Shown here piece by piece: positions 44,056 to 54,509 of a stretch of 64,000 nucleotides of DNA; the stretch's first letter is position 1; the number at the start of each line of letters is the position of its first letter. The DNA lies in assembly GCA_036946415.1 (NCBI GenBank), contig JAQIJD010000003.1, positions 107,772 through 171,771 of the forward strand. Reading direction: 5' to 3'. The DNA comes from Edaphosphingomonas fennica. Lineage in GTDB: Bacteria; Pseudomonadota; Alphaproteobacteria; Sphingomonadales; Sphingomonadaceae. The notes under the pieces were generated by a model. The model was not told where the DNA came from and did not search any database. It saw only the letters and a list, made by a program, of their open reading frames with translations. The position numbers were made by a program, and so were the translations under genes.

Positions 44056-44694
44056 CTATCGCGCCGTCAGCGCGTCGATCTTGCGTTGGGCGTCGGCCGG
44101 TGCGCTGCGGCCGATCAGCGACAGGCCGGTGAGCTTCAACGCCGAACCCACCAGCCGCCCCTCCACCCGATAGCCGAGATGATAGAGCGCGGTGCGCTCC
44201 ACCGGATCGCCGTCCGCCCCCACGAAGCGGGTGGTTATGGCGATAGGGACGCGCAGGTCGCGGTCGTGCGGCTTGCCGGCCTTTAGCGGTTCGATCCAGC
44301 CGGCCTCGATCCGCGCATCCCCGGTCGTGTCGACCGCGGCGATGCCGGTCGGGCGGGGGAACAGGACGTGCTGGCTCTGGATCGTCTGTTCGGGATCGGC
44401 CGGCGACAGCGCCAGCGTCTCGCCATCCTTGGCGAGCGTCGCCTTCAGCACCAGCGTCACCGCCTTGGTGGCGGCTTTGGCCGCCGCGGCGGCGCGTTCG
44501 CGTTCGCCGTGGCTGCGTTCGCTCCAGGCGTTCCAGAAGGTCAATGCCGAGATGACGACGGCGACGACCGCCAGCACCTCGCCCAGCGTGATCCAGCGGC
44601 GGCGGATCGCGGCGGCCTCGGCCTTTTCCGCTACGGTCTGGGGCGGGGCGGGGGCCTCGTCCTTCTCCCACGGCGCCTTCGGGCGATCGGTCAT
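44056..44694 (-). CDS. Hypothetical single-TM membrane protein
   Basis: RRRWITLGEVLAVVAVVISALTFW TM segment; ATGA overlap with purN. Confidence 0.7.
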   Translation of the reverse strand: MTDRPKAPWEKDEAPAPPQTVAEKAEAAAIRRRWITLGEVLAVVAVVISALTFWNAWSERSHGERERAAAAAKAATKAVTLVLKATLAKDGETLALSPADPEQTIQSQHVLFPRPTGIAAVDTTGDARIEAGWIEPLKAGKPHDRDLRVPIAITTRFVGADGDPVERTALYHLGYRVEGRLVGSALKLTGLSLIGRSAPADAQRKIDALTAR

Positions 44695-45266
44695 CGCGCG
44701 GCCCCCGTCACCAGCGCGGCGAGGGCGGCCGGATAGAGGCGATGCTCCTCCGCCAGCACGCGCGCCGCCAGCGCCCCGGCATCGTCACCGGGCAGCACGG
44801 GCACGCGCGCCTGCGCGAGGACCGGCCCGTCGTCCAGCGCGGCGGTGACGAGGTGGACGGTGCAGCCATGCTCGGCATCGCCCGCCGCCAGCGCGCGGGT
44901 ATGCGTATCCAGCCCCTTGTGGCGCGGCAGCAGCGACGGGTGGATGTTGACGATGCGCCCCGCGTGGCGGGCGACGAAATCGGGCGAGAGCAGCCGCATA
45001 TAGCCGGCCAGCGCGATCCATTCCGCCTCGCCCAGCGCCGCCTCGATCCAGGCCTCATGCAAGGCGCGGGAAAGGCCGGCGTGGCTGCGGGCGGCCGTCG
45101 GAATGCCCTCGGCGGCGGCGATGGCGAGGCCGGGGGCGGCGGGATCGTTGGCGATCACCACCGACAGGCGGAACGGGCAGGCGGCATCGCGCGCCGCCGC
45201 CGCCAGCGCCGCCATGTTCGAGCCGCGGCCCGAGATCAGCACCGCGATGGGCGCGCGATCAGCCAT
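44691..45266 (-). CDS. purN: Phosphoribosylglycinamide formyltransferase
   Basis: [28 protein letters not shown]. Confidence 0.96.
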   Translation of the reverse strand: MADRAPIAVLISGRGSNMAALAAAARDAACPFRLSVVIANDPAAPGLAIAAAEGIPTAARSHAGLSRALHEAWIEAALGEAEWIALAGYMRLLSPDFVARHAGRIVNIHPSLLPRHKGLDTHTRALAAGDAEHGCTVHLVTAALDDGPVLAQARVPVLPGDDAGALAARVLAEEHRLYPAALAALVTGAAR

Positions 45267-46365
45267 GATGCGTGGCGGACCAGCCGGCCCGCGCGCTCCA
45301 CGTCTCGCCGCCGCCGCGCACGGTGCAGCCTTTGTCGCCCGCTTCGATCCGGCCGATCGCGAACACCGTCTCGCCGGCCTCCTCCAGCGCCGCCGTCACC
45401 GCATCGGCCGCATCGGGGCGGACCACGATCGCCATGCCGATCCCGCAGTTGAAGGTGCGCGCCATCTCCTCCGGCTCGATATTGCCCTGCGCTTGCAGGA
45501 AGGCCATCAGCCGCGGCTGCGGCCAGAGATCGGCGTCGATCGTGGCATGGAGGCCGGCGGGCAGCACGCGCGGGATATTCTCGAGCAGGCCGCCGCCGGT
45601 GATGTGCGCGAGGGCCGCGATCCGTCCGGCCCGGATCAGCGGCAGCAGGCTTTTCACGTAGATGCGGGTGGGGGCGAGGAGGGCGTCGATCAGTCGCACC
45701 TCCTGATCGAACAGGGCGGGGCGATCGAGCTTCCAGCCGCGATCCGCCGCCAGCCGGCGGACGAGCGAGAAGCCGTTGGAATGGACGCCCGACGAGGCGA
45801 GGCCGAGGATCACGTCTCCCCCCGCCACCCGATCCCCGGTCAACACGTCGGCCCGCTCGACCGCGCCGACCGCGAAGCCGGCGAGATCGTAGTCGCCGTC
45901 GGCATACATGCCCGGCATCTCCGCGGTCTCGCCACCGATCAGCGCGCAGCCGGCGATCCGGCACCCTTCGGCGATGCCCGCGATCACCGTTTCGGCGACA
46001 CCGGTATCGAGCCGGCCGGTGGCGAAATAATCCAGGAAGAACAGCGGCTCGGCACCCTGCACGATCAGATCGTTGACGCACATCGCGACCAGATCGATGC
46101 CCACGCCCTCGTGCCGGCCGCTGTCGATCGCCAGCTTCAGCTTGGTGCCGACCCCGTCGTTGGCGGCGACGAGCAGCGGATCGGCGAAGCCCGCCGCCTT
46201 CAGGTCGAAGAAGCCGCCGAAGCCGCCGATCTCGGCATCCGCGCCCGGCCGGCGCGTGGCGCGGACGAGGGGGGCGATCGCCTTCACCAGCGCGTTGCCG
46301 GCGGCGATCGAGACGCCGGCCTTGGCGTAGGTATAGGGTTCGGGGGCGTCTTGCGTCGGGTCCAT
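45259..46365 (-). CDS. purM: AIR synthase
   Basis: [36 protein letters not shown]. Confidence 0.97.
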   Translation of the reverse strand: MDPTQDAPEPYTYAKAGVSIAAGNALVKAIAPLVRATRRPGADAEIGGFGGFFDLKAAGFADPLLVAANDGVGTKLKLAIDSGRHEGVGIDLVAMCVNDLIVQGAEPLFFLDYFATGRLDTGVAETVIAGIAEGCRIAGCALIGGETAEMPGMYADGDYDLAGFAVGAVERADVLTGDRVAGGDVILGLASSGVHSNGFSLVRRLAADRGWKLDRPALFDQEVRLIDALLAPTRIYVKSLLPLIRAGRIAALAHITGGGLLENIPRVLPAGLHATIDADLWPQPRLMAFLQAQGNIEPEEMARTFNCGIGMAIVVRPDAADAVTAALEEAGETVFAIGRIEAGDKGCTVRGGGETWSARAGWSATHHG

Positions 46366-46425
46366 GGCCCCGCCTAGCCCAGAAGCGACTTGGATTTCGA
46401 GGCCCAAGTCGCCAAAAGCGGCGGC

Positions 46426-47667
46426 GTGATCCTCGCCCCCCGCCTCGCCAAGCCGCTCGCCGCAGCCGGCGGAGCCGTGCTGATCGGCCTCGCCGTCGCC
46501 GTCACCGCGCAGATCGACCGCAGCGTCGAGCGCGGGGTGCCGCCTATCGACAGTTCCGCCAATTTCGAGGTGACGGGCGTGCTGGTCGACGTGTCCGGCG
46601 CCAATGCCGATGCCGCGCGCACCGGCGGCTGGCGGCTGGCGCAGCGCCGCGGCTGGGCGCAATTGTGGGCGCGCGCCAACGACCGGCCGGTGGCGCAGGC
46701 CCCGGCGCTGCCCGATTCGACGCTCGATACGATCGTCGCGGGGATCGAGGTGGAGGAGGAACGCATCTCGCCGCGCCGCTACGTCGCGCGGCTGGGGGTG
46801 CTGTTCGATCGCGCACGGGCCGGGCAATTGCTGGGCGCCAAGGGCGGCATGCGCCGCTCGCCGCCGATGCTGGTCATCCCGCTCACCGTCTCGGGCGGCA
46901 CCGCGCAGGCGTTCGAGGCGCGGACCGACTGGCAGCGGGCGTGGGCGCGTTTCCGCTCCGGCGGCAGCCCGATCGATTATGTGCGGCCCGTCGGCAACGG
47001 CATCGATCCCCTGATCCTCAACGCGGGGCAGGCGGGGCGGCCGGGGCGTGGCTGGTGGCGGATGCTGCTCGATCGCTACGGCGCGGCCGATGTGGTGGTG
47101 CCGACCGTGCGGCTGACGCGGCTGTGGCCGGGCGGCCCCGTGATCGGCCGCTTCGCCGCGCTCCACGGCGTCGACCAGCGGCGGATCGCCGCCTTCACGC
47201 TGACCGCGGCCGATGCCGACGCGCTGCCGCGGATGCTGGACGATGCCGTCCGCCGCATCGACGCCGCTTATGCCGCGGCGCTGCGGAGCGGCGACCTGTC
47301 GGCCGATCCGTCGCTGGTGATCGAGGAGGAGGTGGCCGACGACCTGCTGGAGAGCGTCGCCGCCGATCCGGCGCCGCCGCCCGCGGCCGGCCCCCAGAGC
47401 ATCCTGCTGCTCCAGGTCGACACGCCGACGGATCAGGCGCTGATGCAGACCGAGGCGGCGCTGCGCGGCCTGGCCGGCGTCGTCGGCGCCAATACGACCA
47501 GCGTGGCGCTGGGCGGCGTCTCGCTGATCCGCGTGACGTGGAGCGGCGATCCCACCACGTTCCGCGCGGCGCTGGCCGCGCGCGGCATCGCCGTGCGGGG
47601 CGTGTTGGTCGAACAGATGCCGCCGCCCGCCGCCGTGACGCCGCAATCGCCGCAGCCGACGCCATGA
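46426..47667 (+). CDS. Conserved envelope protein upstream of hdaA (DUF2066-like by synteny; start uncertain)
   Basis: N-terminal hydrophobic segment; purM-divergent and hdaA-coupled position, as in other alphaproteobacteria. Confidence 0.6.
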   Translation: MILAPRLAKPLAAAGGAVLIGLAVAVTAQIDRSVERGVPPIDSSANFEVTGVLVDVSGANADAARTGGWRLAQRRGWAQLWARANDRPVAQAPALPDSTLDTIVAGIEVEEERISPRRYVARLGVLFDRARAGQLLGAKGGMRRSPPMLVIPLTVSGGTAQAFEARTDWQRAWARFRSGGSPIDYVRPVGNGIDPLILNAGQAGRPGRGWWRMLLDRYGAADVVVPTVRLTRLWPGGPVIGRFAALHGVDQRRIAAFTLTAADADALPRMLDDAVRRIDAAYAAALRSGDLSADPSLVIEEEVADDLLESVAADPAPPPAAGPQSILLLQVDTPTDQALMQTEAALRGLAGVVGANTTSVALGGVSLIRVTWSGDPTTFRAALAARGIAVRGVLVEQMPPPAAVTPQSPQPTP

Positions 47668-48284
47668 GCCAGATCGCGCTGCCCCTCGACTGGCCCCCGG
47701 CCGAGGACGAGCGCGACTTCATCCTGGCCGCCCCCAATCGCGATGCGGTGGCGTTGCTGGGGGACTGGCGGCGCTGGCCGGTGCGCGCGGCGCTGCTGAC
47801 GGGGCCGCGCAAGTCCGGCCGCAGCCTGCTCGCCCGCATCTTCGCCGCCGAAAGCGGGGCGGCGCTGCTGGACGATGCGCATGCCGTGGCGGAGGAGGCG
47901 ATCTTCCATGCGTGGAACCGCGCGCAGGAAAGCGGCCGCCCGCTGCTGATCGTGGCGGACGCGCCGCCGCCGGCGTGGGAGGTGCGCCTGCCGGACCTCC
48001 TCTCGCGCCTCGCCGCCAGCCCCAAGGCGGCGATCCGCGCGCCCGACGAGGCGCTGGCGGCCGGCCTGATCGAACGCCGGCTGGCGGCGCGCGGGCTGCC
48101 GGTGCCGGCGGACGTGGTGCGCTATCTGGTGCCGCGGGCCGAGCGCAGCTACATCGGCATCCATCGCCTGATCGATGCGTTGGACGGGCTTGCGCTCGCC
48201 CGGCGGCAGGGGATTTCGGTGCCGCTGGCGCGCGCCGCCCTGATGACGGCGGGTGTCATCGATCGGACGCCGGGGGCGGAATAG
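47664..48284 (+). CDS. hdaA: HdaA, DnaA regulatory inactivator
   Basis: QIALPL clamp-binding motif, [21 protein letters not shown]. Confidence 0.88.
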   Translation: MSQIALPLDWPPAEDERDFILAAPNRDAVALLGDWRRWPVRAALLTGPRKSGRSLLARIFAAESGAALLDDAHAVAEEAIFHAWNRAQESGRPLLIVADAPPPAWEVRLPDLLSRLAASPKAAIRAPDEALAAGLIERRLAARGLPVPADVVRYLVPRAERSYIGIHRLIDALDGLALARRQGISVPLARAALMTAGVIDRTPGAE

Positions 48285-48293
48285 ACGGAAGCC

Positions 48294-50480
48294 ATGGAAG
48301 ACGCTGCCACCACCCCGCTGATCGCCGATCCGCTGCCCGCCCCCGCGGGCGGCGACGCGCCCGCCCCGCCGATCGCGCCGCGCAACCGCTATTTCAATCG
48401 TGAGCTTTCCTGGCTGGCTTTCAACGAGCGCGTGCTGGAGGAGGCGGGCAACCACGCCCATCCGCTGCTGGAACGGCTGCGCTTCCTCTCGATCTCGGGC
48501 AACAATCTCGACGAATTCTTCATGGTCCGCGTCGCCGGCCTGAAGGGCCAGCAATTGCAGGGGATCGAGGATCGCTCGCCCGACGGGCTGACGCCCATCC
48601 AGCAGCTCGAAGCGCTGGCGGAGCAGGCCGATGCGCTGATGGAGCGCCAGCAGCGCGCGTGGCACAGCCTGGCGGACGAGCTGGACGTGGCCGGCATCCG
48701 CGTGCTGGGCCGCGACGAGATCGTGGGGGAGGCGGCGGAGTGGCTGGAAGGCTATTTCCGCACCCACGTCTTCCCGCTGCTGACGCCGCAGGCGATCGAC
48801 CCGGCGCATCCCTTTCCCTTCATCCCCAACCAGGGCTTCTCGCTGATCTTCGAGTTGCGGCGCATCGCCGACGGGCAGGTGATCCAGGAATTGCTGATGG
48901 TGCCGCGCTCGCTGAAGCGCTTCATCCGCGTGCCGGGGCCGGAGGCGCGCTGGGTGGCGGTGGAGACGCTGATCCGCCATTTCCGCACCATCCTGTTCCC
49001 AGGCTACGATCTGGTCGGCTACGGCGGCTTCCGCGTGATCCGCGACAGCGACATCGAGCTGGAGGAGGAGGCCGAAGACCTCGTCCGCTACTTCCGATCC
49101 GCCATCAAGCGCCGCCGCCGCGGCCGCGTGATCCGGCTGGAGACGCACGAGCGGCTGCCCGAGCAGCTTGAGGAGATGGTGCGCGAGGAGCTGGGCGCGG
49201 CCGGCGCCCTCACCTCCGAGACGCAGGGGTTCCTGGGCATCGTCGATCTGGCCGAACTGGTCGAGGAGGATCGGCCCGACCTGAAGTTCCCGCCATTGAT
49301 CGCGCGCTTCCCGGAACGGATTCGCGAACATGGCGGCGATTGCTTCGCCGCGATCCGCGCCAAGGACATCGTCGTCCAGCACCCATACGAGAGTTTCGAC
49401 GTCGTGCTGGCCTTCCTGAAGCAGGCCGCCTCCGACCCCGACGTCGTCTCGATCAAGCAGACGCTCTATCGCGCGGGCAAGCAGTCGGCGGTGATCGCCG
49501 CGCTGATCGCCGCGGCCGAATCGGGCAAGTCGGTTACCGCCGTGGTCGAGCTGAAGGCGCGGTTCGACGAGGAGCAGAACATCAACTGGGCGGCACAGCT
49601 GGAGCGCGCCGGCGTGCAGGTCGTCTACGGCTTCATCGACTGGAAGACCCACGCCAAGGTGTCGATGGTCGTCCGCCGGGAAGGGGACGGCTACCGCACC
49701 TACTGCCACTTCGGCACGGGCAATTACCACCCCGTCACCGCCCGCATCTATACCGATCTCAGCTTCTTCACCGCCGATCCGCGCATCGCGCGCGATGCGA
49801 TGCAGCTGTTCAATTACGTCACCGGCTATGTCGAGCCGCAGGGGCTGGAACTGCTGACGCTCTCGCCCCACGGCCTGCGCGACCGGCTGGGGCATCTGAT
49901 CGACGACGAGATCGATCATGCCCGCGCCGGCCGCCCCGCGGGCATCTGGCTGAAGGTCAATTCGCTGGTCGATCCCGCGATCATCGAGAAGCTCTATCGG
50001 GCGAGCGCCGCCGGCGTGCAGGTGGATGCGGTGGTGCGCGGCGTCTGCTGCCTGCGCCCCGGCATTGCCGGCCTGTCCGAGAATATCCGCGTCAAATCGG
50101 TGATCGGCCGTTTCCTGGAACATAGCCGGATCGTGGTGTTCGGCAATGGCGGGCCGCTGCCGGGGCCGCAGGCCAAGGTGTTCATCTCCTCGGCGGACTG
50201 GATGCCGCGCAATTTCGATCGCCGCGTCGAATATCTGCTGCCGATCGAGAACCCCACCTGCCATGCGCAGGTTCTGTCGCAGGTGATGGTCGCCAATCTG
50301 ATCGACGACGAACAGAGCTGGACGCTCGACGGGGACGGCAGCTACCGCCGGTCGACCGCGGGCGCCCGCCCGTTCAACCTGCATCGCTATTTCATGACCA
50401 ATCCCTCGCTGTCCGGTCGCGGCGCCGCTTCGGGCGGGGCGGGGGCGGTGCCGACCCTGTCCTTCCGGCGCGGCGGCTGA
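48294..50480 (+). CDS. ppk1: Polyphosphate kinase 1
   Basis: [52 protein letters not shown]. Confidence 0.97.
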   Translation: MEDAATTPLIADPLPAPAGGDAPAPPIAPRNRYFNRELSWLAFNERVLEEAGNHAHPLLERLRFLSISGNNLDEFFMVRVAGLKGQQLQGIEDRSPDGLTPIQQLEALAEQADALMERQQRAWHSLADELDVAGIRVLGRDEIVGEAAEWLEGYFRTHVFPLLTPQAIDPAHPFPFIPNQGFSLIFELRRIADGQVIQELLMVPRSLKRFIRVPGPEARWVAVETLIRHFRTILFPGYDLVGYGGFRVIRDSDIELEEEAEDLVRYFRSAIKRRRRGRVIRLETHERLPEQLEEMVREELGAAGALTSETQGFLGIVDLAELVEEDRPDLKFPPLIARFPERIREHGGDCFAAIRAKDIVVQHPYESFDVVLAFLKQAASDPDVVSIKQTLYRAGKQSAVIAALIAAAESGKSVTAVVELKARFDEEQNINWAAQLERAGVQVVYGFIDWKTHAKVSMVVRREGDGYRTYCHFGTGNYHPVTARIYTDLSFFTADPRIARDAMQLFNYVTGYVEPQGLELLTLSPHGLRDRLGHLIDDEIDHARAGRPAGIWLKVNSLVDPAIIEKLYRASAAGVQVDAVVRGVCCLRPGIAGLSENIRVKSVIGRFLEHSRIVVFGNGGPLPGPQAKVFISSADWMPRNFDRRVEYLLPIENPTCHAQVLSQVMVANLIDDEQSWTLDGDGSYRRSTAGARPFNLHRYFMTNPSLSGRGAASGGAGAVPTLSFRRGG

Positions 50481-50484
50481 GGGC

Positions 50485-51948
50485 TTGGTCGCGCTCTCGC
50501 TCTTCCGTCCCGCCGCCAGCCCGGACGGCCGCGTCGGCATCGTCGATATCGGCTCCAATTCGGTCCGCCTCGTCGTCTATGACGGGCCGGGGCGGATCCC
50601 GGCGATCCTCTTCAACGAGAAGATCATGGCCGGGCTCGGTCGCGGCCTCGCCCGCACCGGTGCGCTCGACGCGGAGGCGATGGAGCGGACGATCGCGGCG
50701 CTCGGCCGCTACCGGCTGCTGGCGGGAGAGATGGGGATTGGCCGCCTGCGCGTGGTGGCGACGGCCGCGGTGCGCGATGCCAGCAACGGCGCCGTCCTGC
50801 TCGATCGGCTGCGGGGCATGGGCCTCACCGTCGAGCTGCTGAGCGGCGATGAGGAAGCGACGCTGGCCGGCTACGGCGTGCTGGCGGCGATCCCCCGTGC
50901 GGACGGCATCGTCGGCGATCTCGGCGGCGGCAGCCTCGAACTGATCCGCATCGGCCAGGGCGCGGTGCACGATCGCCTGTCGCTGCCGCTGGGCGTGCTG
51001 CGCCTGCCCGCCATCCGCGCGCAGGGGCCGCGCACGCTCGGCCGGATCGTCCGCAAGGCGGGCTGGTCGGGGCGGGGGCAGGGGCTGCCGCTGTATCTGG
51101 TCGGCGGATCGTGGCGCGCGATGACGCGGCTGCACATGCACGCCGCGCGCTATCCGCTGCCGATCGTCCACCATTATGCCATGCCGCCCGCGGAGGCGGC
51201 GCGGATGCAGCGGCTGGCGACGCGGCTGGGACCGAAGAAGCTGCGCGACATTCCCGGCGTCTCGGCTGCGCGCGCGCCCGCGCTGGCCGATGCCGCCGCC
51301 CTGCTGGCGGCGCTGGCGCGCGATCTCGGCTCCTCGATGCTGATCGCGTCCGCCTACGGCCTGCGCGAGGGGCTGCTCTACCAGGGCCTTCCCCCCGCCG
51401 TCCGCGCCGACGATCCGTTGCTGGCGGGCGCGCGTGAGGAAGGGGCGCGGCAGGGGCGGTTTCCCGAACATGGCGACCTGCTGGAACGCTGGACGGCCCC
51501 GATCTTCGCGGGCGAGAGCGCGGAGGCGAAGCGGCTGCGCCACGCCGCCTGCCTGCTCGCCGACGTCGCCTGGCGCGCGCACCCCGATTTCCGGGCAGAA
51601 CGCGGGCTAGACATGGGCCTGCACGGCAATTGGGTGGGGATCGATGCGATCGGCCGGGCGATGCTGGGCCATGCGCTGTGGACGAGCTACGGCTGCACCC
51701 AGCCCGCCGCTGTCGTCGCCGCCCTGCTGGACGAAGCACAGGTGGCGGAGGCGACGCGCTGGGGGCTGGCCATCCGCCTGGGGCAGCGCCTGTCGGGCGG
51801 CGTCTCGGGGCCGTTGCGCGACAGCCGGCTGGAGCGCGACGACGGCCAGTTGCGGCTGCGGCTGGCCAAGGGGGACGAGGAACTGGCCGGCGAGGCGATC
51901 GACCGGCGGCTGAAGGCGCTGGCGACGGCGCTCGGCCTGCGCGCCTGA
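50485..51948 (+). CDS. ppx: Ppx/GppA exopolyphosphatase
   Basis: DIGSNSVRL, ATAAVRDASN, DLGGGSLEL, GLREG. Confidence 0.94.
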   Translation: MVALSLFRPAASPDGRVGIVDIGSNSVRLVVYDGPGRIPAILFNEKIMAGLGRGLARTGALDAEAMERTIAALGRYRLLAGEMGIGRLRVVATAAVRDASNGAVLLDRLRGMGLTVELLSGDEEATLAGYGVLAAIPRADGIVGDLGGGSLELIRIGQGAVHDRLSLPLGVLRLPAIRAQGPRTLGRIVRKAGWSGRGQGLPLYLVGGSWRAMTRLHMHAARYPLPIVHHYAMPPAEAARMQRLATRLGPKKLRDIPGVSAARAPALADAAALLAALARDLGSSMLIASAYGLREGLLYQGLPPAVRADDPLLAGAREEGARQGRFPEHGDLLERWTAPIFAGESAEAKRLRHAACLLADVAWRAHPDFRAERGLDMGLHGNWVGIDAIGRAMLGHALWTSYGCTQPAAVVAALLDEAQVAEATRWGLAIRLGQRLSGGVSGPLRDSRLERDDGQLRLRLAKGDEELAGEAIDRRLKALATALGLRA

Positions 51949-51952
51949 CGCG

Positions 51953-52756
51953 TCAGACCTGTTTGGCCGCCTGCCAGAGCTTTTCCTTGTCCGCCAGCGA
52001 CAGGCCGGCGAAGCCGTCTCCGGCGGCCGCCTCCATCGCCCTGAAACGCGCCTCGAACTTGGCGGTCGCGCCGCGCAGCGCCGCCTCCGGCTCGATGCCC
52101 AGATGCCGCGCCCAGTTGACGCAGGAAAAGAGCAGGTCGCCCATCTCCTCGGCCTGCGCCGCGGGATCGGCCGCCGCCTCGATCTCGGCCAATTCCTCGT
52201 CGATCTTGGCGCGCGGGCCGGCGGCGTCCGGCCAGTCGAAGCCGACGCGTGCGGCGCGCTTCTGGATCTTTTCGGCGCGCAGCAGCGCGGGGAGGGCGGC
52301 GGCCACCCCGTCCAGCGCACCGGCATCGGATGCGGCCGCGGCCCGCTCGCCGGCCTTGATCGCCTCCCAGCCGGCCGGCCCGTCCTGACGCGGCACGGCG
52401 CCGAAGACGTGCGGGTGGCGGCGAACCATCTTGTCGGCGATGCCCTCGATCACCGCCGGCAGCGCGAAGGCGCCACGCTCCTCGGCCATCCGCGCATGGA
52501 AAACCACCTGGAGCAGCAGATCGCCCAATTCCCCGCACAGATCGGCCATGTCGTCGCGCTCGCAGGCGTCGGCGACCTCATAGGCTTCCTCGATCGTGAA
52601 CGGCGCGATCGTCCGGAACGTCTGTTCGACATCCCACGGGCATCCGTCCACCGGATCGCGCAGCCGGGCCATGATCGCAACGAGCCGATCCAGCGCCGCC
52701 GAAGCGTCGGAAGGGGCGATGCCGGGCGATTTTGCAGGGGACCTGTCCGTCACCAC
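51953..52756 (-). CDS. mazG: Nucleoside triphosphate pyrophosphohydrolase
   Basis: GCPWDVEQT, EEAYEV, ELGDLLLQV, KMVRRHPHVF, GFDWP. Confidence 0.96.
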   Translation of the reverse strand: MVTDRSPAKSPGIAPSDASAALDRLVAIMARLRDPVDGCPWDVEQTFRTIAPFTIEEAYEVADACERDDMADLCGELGDLLLQVVFHARMAEERGAFALPAVIEGIADKMVRRHPHVFGAVPRQDGPAGWEAIKAGERAAAASDAGALDGVAAALPALLRAEKIQKRAARVGFDWPDAAGPRAKIDEELAEIEAAADPAAQAEEMGDLLFSCVNWARHLGIEPEAALRGATAKFEARFRAMEAAAGDGFAGLSLADKEKLWQAAKQV

Positions 52757-52764
52757 ATATTCCT

Positions 52765-52792
52765 CAGTCGGATAATATATATTATGTAAAAC
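52765..52792 (+). other. Chromosome dimer resolution site dif (XerC/XerD)
   Basis: CAGTCGGATAA-TATATA-TTATGTAAAAC compared with E. coli GGTGCGCATAA-TGTATA-TTATGTTAAAT. Intergenic and isolated AT-rich; KOPS-like octamers converge on it. Confidence 0.85.
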
Positions 52793-52801
52793 CGGGCGAT
52801 G

Positions 52802-52966
52802 TCAGGCGAGGCCGAAGGCCGCTACCGTCGCTGCTGCCGCCGCAAAGATGGCGAGCCAGAGGATCGCCAGCCGGGCGGTCCGTCCCGCCGACATCCGCCG
52901 CATCGCCAGCCCACGGACGACCAGCACCATCGCCAGCAGGATGACGACGACCTGCGCCATCTGCAT
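52802..52966 (-). CDS. 54-aa two-helix membrane microprotein
   Basis: Hand translation: MQMAQVVVILLAMVLVVRGLAMRRMSAGRTARLAILWLAIFAAAAATVAAFGLA. Starts 12 nt after the MBL gene stop. Confidence 0.6.
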   Translation of the reverse strand: MQMAQVVVILLAMVLVVRGLAMRRMSAGRTARLAILWLAIFAAAAATVAAFGLA

Positions 52967-52977
52967 GCTTCCGCCCG

Positions 52978-53736
52978 TCACAGCATCATCCCGTCATAGC
53001 CCGGCTCGACTCCGTCCGGCAGCGCGGCGCACAGGCGGCGATAATCCATCGACTGGTCCATATGCGTCAGCACCGCCCGTCTCGGCCGCAGCCGATCGAT
53101 CCAGTCGAGCGTCTCGTCCAGATGCGCATGGCTCGGATGCGGCGCCCGGCGCAGCGCATCGACGATCCAGATATCGAGGCCGGCGAAGACCGCCTCCATC
53201 TCGGGCGTCAGCCGGCTGACATCGGTCGAATAGCCGATCGACCGGCCGCCATGGTCGAAGCGCAGCCCGGCCGAGGTGATGGCGCCGTGCGGCTGATCGA
53301 CGGCGGTGACGACAAGATCGCCGATCGTCTGCCGCTCGGTCAGCGTCTCCGCCGCAATCGTCGCCGGATAGCCGTCACGCCCCGCAAAGGCATAGCCGAA
53401 GCGCGCCTTCAAGGCCGCCAGATCGGCGGCGCGCGCATAGCCCGGCACCGGCGATCCGCGCTGGTGGAAGACCTGGCGGAGATCGTCGATGCCGTGGGTG
53501 TGATCGGCATGGTCGTGCGTCCAGACGACCGCGTCGAGGCGATCCGTGCCGGCCGCCAGCAATTGCTCCCGCATGTCGGGCCCGGTGTCGACCAGCAGCC
53601 GTGTTGTCGCCGTGTCGATCAGAATCGCGGCGCGCAGCCGGCGATTGCGGGGCTCGGCCGGATCGCAGGCCCCCCAGTCGCCACCGATCCGCGGCACACC
53701 CGATGACGTGCCGCAACCGAGGATGCGCGCCTTCAC
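52978..53736 (-). CDS. MBL-fold metallohydrolase (PhnP-like)
   Basis: LGCGTSSGVP, THDHADHTHGIDD, HPSH, THM, YDG. Confidence 0.92.
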   Translation of the reverse strand: MKARILGCGTSSGVPRIGGDWGACDPAEPRNRRLRAAILIDTATTRLLVDTGPDMREQLLAAGTDRLDAVVWTHDHADHTHGIDDLRQVFHQRGSPVPGYARAADLAALKARFGYAFAGRDGYPATIAAETLTERQTIGDLVVTAVDQPHGAITSAGLRFDHGGRSIGYSTDVSRLTPEMEAVFAGLDIWIVDALRRAPHPSHAHLDETLDWIDRLRPRRAVLTHMDQSMDYRRLCAALPDGVEPGYDGMML

Positions 53737-54509
53737 GCGCGCGCCTTGGTGAAGAGGCCGTGGAAATTATCGGCCGTAACCTCCGCCAATCGCTCGACAG
53801 TCTCGCCGCGGAGACCGGCCAGCATCCGCGCCGTATCGGCGACGAATGCCGGCTCCCCGGTCTTGCCCCGATGCGGCACCGGCGCGAGGAAGGGCGCATC
53901 GGTTTCGATCAGCAGGCGGTCGGCCGGGATCGCCGCCGCCGTCGCCTGGAGATCGCGCGCGTTACGGAAGGTGACGATGCCCGAGATGGATATGAAACAT
54001 CCCAGATCTAATGCGATACGCGCGAAGTCTGCGGAGGCGGTGAAGCAATGGATGACGGCGGGATAGGGCCCCTTCCCCATCTCCTCAGCCATGATCGCCG
54101 CCGTATCCGCCTCGGCGTCGCGGGTATGAACGATCAGCGGCAGGCGCGTCTGGCGCGCCGCGGCGATATGCGCGCGGAAGCTCGCCTGCTGGCGGGCGCG
54201 ATCCGAACGATCGTAATGATAGTCGAGCCCGCTCTCGCCGATCGCGATCACCTTCGGATGCGCGGCCTGCGCCACCAGCCGCGCCGTATCGACATCCGCA
54301 TGGCCGTCGGCTTCGTGCGGGTGGATGCCGATCGAGGCCCAGATGCCGTCATGCCGTTCGGCTGTGCCGACCACCGCCTCCCATTCGCTCGCCCGGGTCG
54401 AGATGTTGAGCATCGTCTCCACCCCCGCAGCGCGCGCGCGGGCGATCACCGCCGGCTGATCCTCGATCAGGCCGGGATAATTGAGGTGGCAGTGGCTGTC
54501 GACGAACAT
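53733..54509 (-). CDS. TatD-family hydrolase
   Basis: DSHCH, GIHPH, IGESGLDY, HCF, ETDAPFLAP. Confidence 0.95.
   Translation of the reverse strand: MFVDSHCHLNYPGLIEDQPAVIARARAAGVETMLNISTRASEWEAVVGTAERHDGIWASIGIHPHEADGHADVDTARLVAQAAHPKVIAIGESGLDYHYDRSDRARQQASFRAHIAAARQTRLPLIVHTRDAEADTAAIMAEEMGKGPYPAVIHCFTASADFARIALDLGCFISISGIVTFRNARDLQATAAAIPADRLLIETDAPFLAPVPHRGKTGEPAFVADTARMLAGLRGETVERLAEVTADNFHGLFTKARA

Noticed and set aside
44490-44535. Cluster of GTTC words resembling a LexA box
   Set aside because: Inside a CDS, and the spacings are not N7.
43895-44671. N-terminal extension of the 1100-aa TBDR ORF in the track
   Set aside because: It overlaps the real 44056-44694 gene. The RBS (AAGGGGA) and signal peptide place the start at 43894.
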